Source: Lama guanicoe (lineage: Eukaryota). From it: a stretch of DNA of 64,000 nucleotides. Shown here in pieces: positions 23,362 through 35,500 of this stretch. The stretch is from positions 23,424 through 87,423 of the forward strand of contig MU053762.1 in NCBI GenBank assembly GCA_013239625.1, in the 5' to 3' direction. Every line of letters begins with the position of its first letter. Within the stretch, counting starts at the first letter, position 1. Position numbers and translations under genes: made by a program. The notes under the pieces were generated by a model. That model was not told the origin of the DNA and did no database searches. It saw nothing but the letters and a program-made list of their open reading frames with translations.

Positions 23362-26300
23362 AGTTCCAAGATTTTAATATGTGGAGAGGCATACATTCAA
23401 CTAGCCTAAAGGGCAAAGGTACATCTACAAACAGTTACTCTCATTTCTAACCATGATTCTTGGGGCCTGTTTCAAGGAAAAGGAAGTTTGCAATAGAAAA
23501 CGGAGTTGGAGCAAGTGCCACCCCTTATATATATAGGTAGGCCTGTTCTCCATAAAACAGAATCTCTCTGCACACAATGTAGGTGAAGGAAAGTTTCCAC
23601 ACACATTCAGATCCCAGAAGAGAACATGTTGAGATATATTCCTTGAGCTAGCCTAAAGTACAAGGGTACATCTAGAAACACTGACCCAGATTTTTCAGCA
23701 TGTTTCTAGGTCCGGTTTCAGTTAAAGATAGCTTGCATTGGAAAGCCGAGCTGGAGCTAATGCTTCACCTTATATATATATATATGGGTAGGCCTGTCTC
23801 CCTAACACAGAATCTGTGTTCCCTACAAGTTAGGTGAAGGCTGGAGTGCATACACATTGGATCCCAGAATGGATATGTGGAGAATTCATTCAGGTAGCCT
23901 AAAGGGCAAGTGTTTCTAACACTTACCCATATTTCTCAGCTTTTTTCCTAGAGCCAGTTTCAAGACAAAGGCTGTTTAAGCTGGAAAACTGAGTGAGAGT
24001 GAGTGCCTCCTCTTATATAGATAGGTAGGACTGTCTTCATAACACAGAAAGTCTATGATCCCAGCAAGGTTTGTGAAGGACCGCTTCCATGCACATTTGG
24101 ATCCCAGAATGAATCATGTGGAGAAGCGTTCATTCAGCTAGCCTAAAGGGCATGGGTACACCTAGAAACACCACCCAGAATTCTCAGCATGTTAACTAGA
24201 GCCGGTTTCAAGGTAAAGTCATTTTTCACCAGAAAACTAGGTTGGAGTGAGTGCCTCCCCTTATATATATAGGTATGTCTGACCCTGTAACACAGAAAAC
24301 CCGTGTTCCCAACAAGGTAGGTGAAGGACGGCTTCCACACACATTCAGATCTTAGAATGGAACAAGAAAAGAGGCATTGCTGCACCTAGCATCAAGGGCT
24401 GGGCGTCATGTATAAACACTGACTGTGATTTCTCAGATGTTTCCTAGAGTCGGTTTGCAAGGAAAGTCAGTTTACACTGGGAAAATGAGTAGAAGGAGCT
24501 GCTTCCTGTAGAAATGTAAGTTGCTTTGTTCCCTTCAAGCAGAAACTATGTGTTCCCAACAAGGTAGGATAAGGACGATTTCCACACACATTCAGATCTG
24601 AGAATGGAACAAGAAGAATGGTGTTGTTGCATGTAGTATCAATGGCTGGGGAATATTTAGACACACATACTGTGATTTCTCAGCATGTTTCCTAGAGTCA
24701 GATTGTAAGGAAAGTCAGTTTGCACTGGAAAACTGAGTTGGAGCAGGGGCCTCCCCATGGATATTTAATTAGCGTAGTTCCCCTCAAACAGAAACTCTGT
24801 GTTCCCTACAAGCTAGGTGAAGGACATCTTCCACATATTCAGGTCTGAGAATGGAACAAGGAGAGAGGCGTTGCTGCATCTTCCATGAAGGTCTGGGGAC
24901 ATATAGAAACACCGACTGTGATTTGTGAGCATGTTTCCTAGAGCCGATTTGCAAGGAAAGGCAGTTTGCACTGGAAAACCGAGTTGGAGAAAGAGACTCC
25001 CCATGGATTTGAATATACTGTAGTTCCCCTCAAGCAGAAACTGTGTTCACAAAAAGGCAAGTGAAGGACGACTTCCACACTTTCAGATCTGAGAATATAA
25101 TAAGGAGAGTGGTGTTCCTCCATATATCATAAAGACCTGGGGGACATATAGAAACACTAACTGTGGTGTCTCAGCATGTTTCCTAGAACCAGTTTGCAAG
25201 GAAAGGCAGTATACACGGGAATACCAAGTAATAGCGGGTGCCTCCCAATAGATATGTAAGCAGAAACTCTGTGTTCCCAACAAGGTAAGTGATGGACGGC
25301 TTCCACACACATTCAGATCTGAGAATGATAAAAGAAAAGAGTTGTTGCTGCGTCAAGCATCAAGGGCTGGGGGATATCTAGAAACAGTGACTGTGATCTC
25401 TCTGCATATTTCCTTGAGCCAGTTTGTAAAGAAAGGCAGTTTGCACTGACAACTAAGTTGGAGAGAGTGTCTTCCCATATATATGCAAGAATTCTAGCGC
25501 CCCTAAAGCAGAAAATCTGTATTCCCAGCAAGGTAGGTGAAGGACGGCTTCCACACACATTGAGATCTGAGAATGGAACAAGGAGGGAGGTGTTACTGCA
25601 TCTAGCTTCAAGTGCTAGGGAACATCTGGAACTCTGATTGTGATTTCTCTACATGTTTCCTTGAGCTGGTTAGCAAGGAAAGGCAGTTTGTACTTGAAAA
25701 CTAACTTGGAGCGAGTGCTTCTCCATTGATATGTAAGTAGCATTGCTCCCCTCAAGCAAACACTCAGTGATCCCAACAAGGTAGTTGAACAATGCCCTTC
25801 ACACATATTTATATCTAACAATGGAACAAGGAGGGAGGCAGTGCTGCATCTAGCTTCAGGGGCTAGGGGATATCAAGAAACACTGACTGTGATTTCTCTG
25901 CATGTTTTCTAGAGACGGTTTTCAAAGAAAGGCAGTTTGCATTGGAAAAACGAGCTGGAGTGAGTGACTTCCCCTCATGCAGAAACTCTGTGTTCCAAAG
26001 AAGGTAGGTGAAGGATGGCTTCTGCACACACTCTGATATGAGAATGGAACAAGGAGAGAGGCGTTGCTGCATCTAGCATCAAGGGCTTGGGGACATCTAG
26101 AAACACTGACTGTGATATCTCAGCATGTTTCCTAGAGCTGGCTTGCAAGGAAAGGCAGTTTGCTTGAAAACGGTGTTGGAGAGAGTGCCTCCCCTTTGAT
26201 ACATAAGTAGTGCAGATTACCTCAAACAGAAACTCTGTGTTCCCAACAAGGTAGGGGAAGCATGACTTCCACACACATTCTGATCTGAAAATAGAACAAG

Positions 26301-29300
26301 GAGAGAGGCAATGCTGCATGTAGCATTAAATGATGGGTGACACCAAGAAACAATGACTGTGAATGCTCAGCACTTTCCCTAGATTCTGTTTGGAAGGAAA
26401 GGCAGTTTGCAATGGAAAGCAGAGTTGGAGCTAGTGTCTTCCAACAGATTTGTAAGTAGAATAGTATCCCTCAGGCAGAATCTCGCTGTTCCCAACAAGG
26501 TAAGTGAAGGAAGGACTCCAATCACATTCAAAGCTGAAAATGGAACAAGGAGAAAGGCATTGCTGCATCTAGAATCAAGGACTGGGGGACATCTAGAAAC
26601 ACTGACTGTGATCTCTCAGCATGTTTCTTAGAGCCGGTTTGCAAGGAAAGGTTGTTTGCACTGGAAAGTCGAGTTGCAGCAAGGGCATGCCCAGAGATTT
26701 AAGTCACGTAGTTCCCCTCAAGCAGAAGCTCTGTGTTCCAACAATTTATTTGAAGGAGGGCTTCCACACACAGTCAGATCTGAGAATGGAACAAGGAGAG
26801 AGGTTTTGCTGCATCTAGCATCAAGGTTGGGGAACTTCTAGAAACACTGTCTTTGATCTACCAACATGTTTCCTAGAATCGTTTTGCAAGGAAAGGCAGT
26901 TTCCACTGGAAAAGAGAGTTGGAGCGAGGACCTCCCCCTTGATATGTAAGTCACATAGTTACCCTCAAGCAGAAACTCTGTGTTCCCAACAAGTTAGATG
27001 AAGACAGCTTCCACATACATTCAAATCTGAGACCTGAACAAGGAGACAGGCATTACTGCATCTAGCATCATGGGGTGGGGAACATATAGAAACACTGACT
27101 GATTTCTCAGCATGTTTCCTAGAGCCGGTTTGCAAGAAAAAGTAATTTCCACTGGAAATCCAGTTGGAGCAAGTCTCTCCCAATCAATATGGTAGTAGTG
27201 TCCTTCCTTTCAAGCAGAAACTTTGTGTTCCCAACAAGGAAGGTCAAGGATGGCTTCCTCACACATTAAGATCTGAGAATGGAACAATGAGAGAGGCTTT
27301 GCTGCATCTAACATTGAGGGCTGCAGGACATCTAGAAACACTGACTCTGATATATCAGCATGTTTCTTAGAGCCAGTTTGCAAGGAAAGGTAGTTTGGAC
27401 TGAAAATCGATTTCCAGTGATGGCTTCCTCATAGATATTTAAGTCACATATTTCCCCTCAAGCAGAAACTTTTGTTCCCTACAAGGTAGCTGAAGGAAGG
27501 CTTCCTCACACAGTCAAACCTGAGAATGGAACAAGGAGAGAGGCATTGCTGCATTTAACATCAAGGGCTGGAAGACAGCAAGAAACACTGACTCTGACTC
27601 TCAGCATGTATCCTGGAGCTGGATTGCAAGGAAAGGTATTTTGCGCTGGAAAACAAGGTAGGAGTGAGTCCCTTTGAATAGATATATAAGTCACATAGTT
27701 TCCCACAAACCAAAAATCTGTGTTCCCAACAAGGAAGGTGAAGAAAGACTTCCAGCACATTCAGATCTGAGAATGGAACAAGGAGAGAGGCATTGCTGCA
27801 TCAAGCATCAAGGGCTGTGGGACATGTAGAAAGAAAGACTGTCATTTCTCAGCATGTTTCCTAGTGCCAGTTTACAAGGAAAGACAGTTTTCACTGGAAA
27901 ACCGAGTTGGAGCAAGTGCCTCCCCATATATATGTAAATAGTGTAGTTCACCTCAAGGGGAATGTCTATGTTCCCAACAAGATAGGTGAAGGACGGCTTC
28001 CACACACATTCAGATCTGAGAATGGAACAAGGAGAGAGGCTTTGCTGCATCTAGCATCAAGGGTTGGGGAACATCTAGAAACGCTGTATGTGATCTACTA
28101 TCATGTATCCTAGAGCCAGTATGTAAGGAAAGGGAGTTTCTACTAGAAACATGAGTTGGAGCTAGGGCTTCCCCATAGATATGTAAGTAGCATAGCACAC
28201 CTCAAGCAGAATGTCTATGTTCCCAACAAGATAGGTGAAGAGCTGGTTCCATACACATTCAGATTTGAGAATGGAACAAGGACAGAGGCTTTGTTGCATC
28301 TAGCATTAAGGGCTGGGTGACACCAAGTAACAGTGACTGTGATCTCTCAACATTTTTGCTAGAACATGTTGGCACCAAAAGGCAGTTTGCAATGGAAAGC
28401 CGAGTTGGAGTGAATGCCTCCCAATAGATATGTAATTAGCATGTTTCCCCTCAAACAGTAACTCTGTGTTCCCAACAAGCTAGCTGAAGGACAGCCGCAA
28501 CACACATTCATATCTGAGAATGGAACAGGGAGAGTGGCATTGCTGCATCTAGCATTAAGGGCTGGGGGACATCTAGAAACACTGACTGCAATCTCTCAGC
28601 ATGTTTCCTAGAGCCGGTTTGCAAGGAAAAGCAGTTTCCTTTCAAACAGTGGGTTGGAGCGAGGGCCTCCCACTAGATATGTAAGTCACGTAGTGCCCCT
28701 CAAGCAGAATCTCTGGGTTCTCGACAAGGTAGGTGAAGGGCTGCTTCCACACACATTCATATCAGAGAATGGAACAAGGATAGAGGCATTGCTGCTTCTA
28801 GCATCAAGGGCTGGGAGACATCAGGAAACACGATCTGTGATTTCTCAGCATTTTTCCTAGAGCTGGTTTGCAAGGAAAGGCAGTTTGCGCTGGAAAACCA
28901 GGTTGGAGTGAGCACCTCCCCATGTATATATAAGTGGCATAGTTCCTCTCAAGCAGATACTCAGTGTTCTCAGCAAGGTAAGTGAAGTACGGCTTCCACA
29001 CACATTCAGATCTGAGAAAGTTAGAAAGAGATAGGTGTTGCTCCTTCTAGCATCAAGTGCTGGGGGACATCTAGAAACACTGACTGTTATTTCTCAGCAT
29101 GTTTCCTGGAGCTGGTTTGCAAAAAAAGGCAGTTTCTGCTGGAAAACCAGTTAGAGCATGTGTCTCCCAATACACATGGTAGTAGTATACTTCCCCGCAA
29201 ACAGAAACTCTGTTCCCAACAAGGAAGGTCAAGGACGGCTTCCTCACACTTTCAGATCTGAGAATGAAACAAGGATAGAGGCGTTGCTGTATCTAGCATC

Positions 29301-29540
29301 AGGGGCTGGGTACATCTCACAACACTTACTTTGATTTCTCCACATGTTATCAAGAGCCAGTTTGCAAGGAAAGGCATTTTGCACTAGAAAACCGAGTTGG
29401 AGTGAGTGTCTCCCAATAGATATGGAAATAGTGTTATATCCCTGAAGGATAAACTGTGTTCCCAACAAGTAGTTGAAGAAAGGCTTCCACACACATTCAG
29501 ATCTGAGAATGGAACAAGTAGAGAGGCTTTGCTGCATCTA
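23362..29540 (+). repeat. ~247-bp satellite, left arm (~25 monomers; subtype A to ~24350, subtype B after)
   Basis: The motif aaacactgactgtg recurs at ~26101, 26348, 26597, 26842 ... 29075, a mean spacing of ~248 bp. Monomers are visibly diverged from each other. Confidence 0.95.
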
Positions 29541-32500
29541 TATGCATCTGTAAGCTAGATGAAACAATGCCTCTGCACATGCTTCATTTAAGTATCTGAA
29601 TGTTTGTGGAAGCCATCCTTCTCTTAGCTTGTTGGCAACATGGAGATTCTGGTTATGAAAACTATGCTACTTATATATCTATAGGCATGAACTGACCCAT
29701 CTCAGTTTTACAGCCAAAGTGCCTTTCCCTTGTAACCTGTTCTAGAAAACATACTGAAAATTCATTGTAAGTGATTCTACATGTACCCATGCTGTTTATG
29801 CTAGATGATTCAATGGCTCATCCCATGCTCCATTCTGGGATGTGTATGAATGTGGAAGACCTCCTTCACCTAGCTTGTTGGGAACACAGAGTTTCTGTGT
29901 TAGGAGAACTAAGCTACATTCATATCAATGATGAGACACTGACACCAAGTCTGTTTTCCAGCGTAAAATTCCTTTCTTGGAAATCGGGTCTAGGAAACAT
30001 GTGGAGAAATCATAGTGGTTGTTTCTAGAAATACTCGTGCCCTGTATGCTAGATGTAAGAAATCATCTCCACATGCTCCATAATGGGATCCGAATGTGTT
30101 TGGAAGCCATAGTTCACCTAGCTTTTTGAGAACAAAGATTTTCTGTGTTACAGGAAAAATACCACATAAATATCTATGGGGAAGCCCTTGCTCAAACTCG
30201 CTTTTCCATGGCAAGCTGCCTGTCCCTTAAGAAAGGTAGTAGGAAACATGTGGAGAAATCAGTGTATGTTTCTAGATATACCCAAGAAATGTATGCTTAA
30301 TGAGTGAATGCCTCTCCGCATGTTCCTTTTTGTGATCCAAATGTGTGTAGAAGCCATCCTTCACCTGTCTTGTAGGGAACAGAGAGTTTCTGTGTTAGGG
30401 GAGTGCACTGCTTACATATATATGGGGAGGCATTCACTCCAACTCGGTATTCCTGCACAAACTGCCTTAAACTTGAAAACGGCTGTAGGAAACATGCTGA
30501 GAAATCAGAGTATGTGTTTTAGATATAACCATTTCCTGTATGACAGATTAATGAATGCCTCTCCACATGCTCCATTCTGGGATCTGAAAGTGTTTGGACG
30601 CCATCTTTCACCTAGCTTGTTGGGAACACAGAGTTACTGGTCTAGGGGATCTACGCTACTTACACACCTATGGGCATGCACTCACTCCAGCTTGGTTTTC
30701 CAATGGAAATTGCCTTTCCCTTGAAACTGGCTCTAGGAAACATGCTGAGAAATCAGAGTAAGGGTTTCTGGATGTGCCCATGCCCTGTATGCTAGATGTA
30801 AGAACACATCTCCATATGCTCCATTGTGGGATCTGAATGTGTGTGGATGCTGTCCTTCACCTAGATTGTTGGTAACACAGAGTTTCTGGGCTAGGGGATC
30901 TACACTACTTGCACACCTATGGGTATTCACTCACTCCAACTTGGTGTTCCAGCACAAAATGCTTTTCCCTTAAAACTGACACTAGGGAACATGCTGAGAA
31001 ATCATAGTAAGTGTTTCTAGATGTACACATTCCCTATATGCTGGATGAATGAACACCTCTCCACATGCTCCATTATGGAATCCAAGTATTTGAAGAAACC
31101 ATCCTTCACCTAGCTTGTTGGGAAAACAGAGATTCTGGGTTAGGGGAACTACACTACTTACATACAATTGTGTAGGCACCCCCCAACTCTTTTTCCCAGC
31201 ACAAACTGACTTTCTCTTAATCCAGCACAAGGAAACATGCTGAGATTTCAAGGTAATTGTTCCTAGTTGTACCCATGCTCTGTATCCTAGATGAATGAAG
31301 GTCCCTCCACATGTTGTATTCTGGGATCCGAATGTGTGTGGAAGCCATTCTTCATCTAAATTATTGAGAACTCTAAGTTCTTGTGTTAGAGGATCTACTG
31401 TGCTTACATATCAATGAGGAGATACTCCAACTCACTTTTCCAGGGTAAACTTCCTTTCCCTTGAAACTGGCTCTTGGAAACATGCTGAGAAATCAAAGTG
31501 TTTCTAGATGTACCCATGCCCTGTATACTAGATGAAAGAACGCTTCTTCACATGCCCCATTTTGGGATCCAAATGTGTGTGGAAGCTGTCCTTCACCTAG
31601 CTTGTTGCCAACACATACTTTCTGTGTTATGGGAACTAGGCTACTTATATATCTATGGGCATGCATTTGATCCAACCAGATTTTCCAATGCAAACAGCCT
31701 TTCCCTTGAAACCTGTTTTAGAAAACATGATGAACGGTCAGAGTAAGTGTTCCTACATGTACCCATGCCCTGTTTGCTAGATGAATGAATGGATTTTGCC
31801 ATGCTCCATTCTGGGATCTGTATGGCTGTGGAAGATTTCTTTCACCGAGCTTTTTGGGAACACAGAGTTTCTGTGTTAGGAGAATTCAGCTATATTCATA
31901 CCTATGGGGAGGCACTGGGTCCAAATCAGTTTTCCAGTGCAAAATGCCTTTCCTTTGAAATCAGGTTTAGGAATCATGCTGATAAATCAGAGTAAGTGTT
32001 TCTAGATATATTCAGACTTTGAATGCTGCATAAATGAATGCCTTTCCACATGCTCCATTCTGGGATCTGAACGTGTGTGGAAGCCATCCTGCACCTAGAT
32101 TGTCTGCAATATAGAGTTTCTATCTTAGGGGAACTACACTACTTACATACCTATGGAGAGGCACTCCCTCCACTCAGTTTTCCATCACAAACTGCCTTTC
32201 CCTTGAAAACGGCTCTATGAAGGATGCTGAGAAATGGAGTAGTTTCAAGATATACCCATGTGATCTACGCTAGTTGAATAATCACCTCCCCACATACTTC
32301 ATTCTTAGATCCCTATATATTTGGAAGCCATCCTTCACCTAGCTTATTGGGAACATAGAGTTTCTGGCTTATGGAAACTATGCTACTTACATATCTATGG
32401 GGAAGCACTCACTCCAACTTGGTTTTCCACTGCAAACTATCTTTCCCTTGAAACTGGCTCTAAGAAACATGCTGAGAAATGAGAGTGTTTCTAGATGTAC

Positions 32501-35500
32501 TCATATCCTGTATGCTAGATGAATGAATGCCTTTCCACATGCTCCATTCTGGAATTCAAAAGTGTGTGGTAGTAGTTCTTTACCTAGATTGTTGGGAACA
32601 TATAGTTTATTGGTTAGGGGATCTACACTACTTAAATTAGTATGGAAAGGCACTCGCTCCACTGAGTTTTCCTTCACAAACCACCTTTCCCTTGAAAATG
32701 ACTCTATGAGAGACACTGAGAAATGAGAGTAAGTGTTTCTAGATATACCCATGTGATGTATACTAGTTGAATGAATGCCCCCCCACATATTCCATTCTTA
32801 GATCCCTATGTATTTGGAAGCTGTCCTTCACCTAGCTTGTTGGGAACACAGAGATTCTGTATTAGGGAAACTGTGCTATTTACATAAGTATGTGGAGGCA
32901 TCTGCTCCAACTCAGTTTTCCAGTGAAAACTGCATTTCCCCTGAACCCAGCTCTAGGGAACATGCTGAGTGTTTCTAGATGTACCCATGCCCTGTATGCT
33001 AGATGAATGAACGCCTCTCCACATACTCCATTCTGGGATCAGAATGTGTGTGGAAGCCATCCTTCACCTAGATTGCTGGGATCACAGAGTTTCTGTTTTA
33101 GGGGAAGTAAGCTGCCTACATATCTATGAGAAGGAACTGGCTCCAACTCTGTTTTCCAGCACAAAATACATTTCACTTGAAACTGGCTCTATGAAACTTG
33201 CTGAGAAATCAGAGTGTTTCTAGACATATTCATGCCCTGTATGCTAGATGAATGAAAGTCTCTCCACATACTCCACTCTGGGATCCGAATGTAAGTGGAA
33301 GCTGTCCTTCACCTAGCTTGTTGGGAACATGGAGTTTCTGTCTTAGGGGAATTACACTACTTATATATTTATGGGTAGGCACATGCTGCAACTCGGTTTT
33401 TCAGTGCAAACTGTCTTTCCATTAATACCGGCTTTAGGATAAATGCTGAGAATTCAGAGAGTGTTTCTACATGGGCTCATGCCCTGTATGCTAGATGAAT
33501 GAAGGCATCTCCACATGGTTCATTCTGGGATCCGAATGTTTGTGGAAGACGTCCTTCATCTGGATTGTTGGGAACACAGATTTCTGTGTTCAGGGATCTA
33601 CACTTCTTACATATCTATATAAAGGCACTCACTCCAACTCGGTTTTCCAGTGCAAACTGCCTTTCCCTTGAAAACGGCTCTACGAAAGATGCTGAGAAAT
33701 CAGATGTGTTTCTAGATATACCCATGCTATGTATGCTAGTTGAATTAACTCATCCCCACATACTCCAATGTTAGTTCCCAACATGCTTGGAAGTAATCCT
33801 TCGACTAGCCTGTTGGGAACACAGAGTTTCTGGGTAAGAAGAGCAATGCCATTTACATATCTGTGGGCAGGCACTCGACCAAAGTCAGTTTTCCAGCACA
33901 AATGGGCATTCCTTTGATATCGGCTCTATGAAACTTATTGAGAAATCAGAGTATGTGTTTCTAGATATAACCATTACCTGTACGATAGATGAATGAACGC
34001 ATCTCCACATGCTCCACTCTGGAATCTGAATGTGTGTGAACGCCGTCTACAACTTGCTTGTTGGGAACACAGTTTCTGTGTTAGGGGAACTACACTACTT
34101 ACATACCTGTTTGGAGTCACTCATTCCTTCTCTGTTTTCCAGCACAAACTGCTTTTCCCTTGGAAATGTCACTAGGCAACATGCTGAGAAACCACAGTAA
34201 GTGTTTCTAGATATACCCATGCCCTGTATGGTAGACAAATGAACACCTCTTCACATGATCCATTCTAGGATCCGAATGTGTTTGGAAGCCATCCTTCACC
34301 TAGCTTGTTGGGAACACAGACTTTCTGTGTGAGGGGGGGGAACTCTACTTACATACCTATGAGTATGCACTCTCTCCAACTCGGTTTTCCAGCACAAATT
34401 GCCTTTCTCTTAAAATCTGCTCCAGGAAACATGCTGAGCAATCAGGGTATGGGTTTCTAGATGTACACTTTCCCCTTGTGCTAGATGAATGAATGCTTCT
34501 TCACATGTTCCATTTTGGGTTTCTAATCTGTGTGGAAGCAGTCCTTCACCTACCTTGTTAACATGGAGTTTCTGGGATAGGGGAACTGGCCAACCTGTAT
34601 ATATAAGGAAAGGCTCTTGATCCAACTCGACTTACCAGAACAAACTGCCTTTACATTGAAACCAGCTCAAGGAAACATTCCGAGAAGACAGGGTATGTAT
34701 TTCAAGATATATCTTTCCCTTTTGAGCTAGGTTAAAGAACAATTCTCGTCATGTTCCATTCTGGGATCCGAATGTATGTGTAAGCCAACCTTCAGAAACC
34801 TTGTTGTGAACACAGAGTTACTGGGTTAGAGTCACTGGCCTACCTATATATATTAGGGGAGAGCCTCACTCCAAGTCATTTATTAGCACAGACTGCCTTT
34901 ACCTTGAAACTGACTATAGGAAACATGCTGAGAAATCAGGGTAATTGTTTCTAGATGTACACTTGCTCTCTGTGCTAGATAAATTAACGTTTCTCCACAT
35001 TTTCCATTCTGACATTCGAATGTGTGTGCAAGCCCTCCTCACATACCTTGTTCAGAACACAGAGTTTCTGTGTTAAGGGCACTTGGCTACCTATATATAT
35101 AAAAGGAGGCACTCACTTCAACTCAATTTTCCAGTGCAAACAGCCTCTACCTTGAAACTGGCTCGATGAAACATGCTGAGAAATCAGGCAAAGTATTTCC
35201 ACGTGTAACCTTGCCCACTCTGCTAGAATGAAAGAATGCTTCTGTGATCCTAATGTGTGCAGAAACCATGATTCACCTACCTTGATCCGAACACAGAGTT
35301 TCTGGTTTAGGGGCACTAGCCTACCTATATATATTAGGGGAGGCACATGCTCCAACTCAGTTTTCCAGTGCAAACTGCCTTTACCTTGAAACCTACTCTA
35401 GGCAACATGCTTAGAAATGAGGGTAAGTGTTTCCAGATGTACACTTGCCCTTTGTGCTAGATGAATGAATGCTTCTCCACATGTTCCATTCTGGGAACTG

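Noticed and set aside
24300..29540. CENP-B box in the satellite (tttgcactggaaaaccgag resembles TTCGTTGGAAACGGG)
   Set aside because: The essential TTCG and CGGG positions and their spacing are not met in the monomers inspected.
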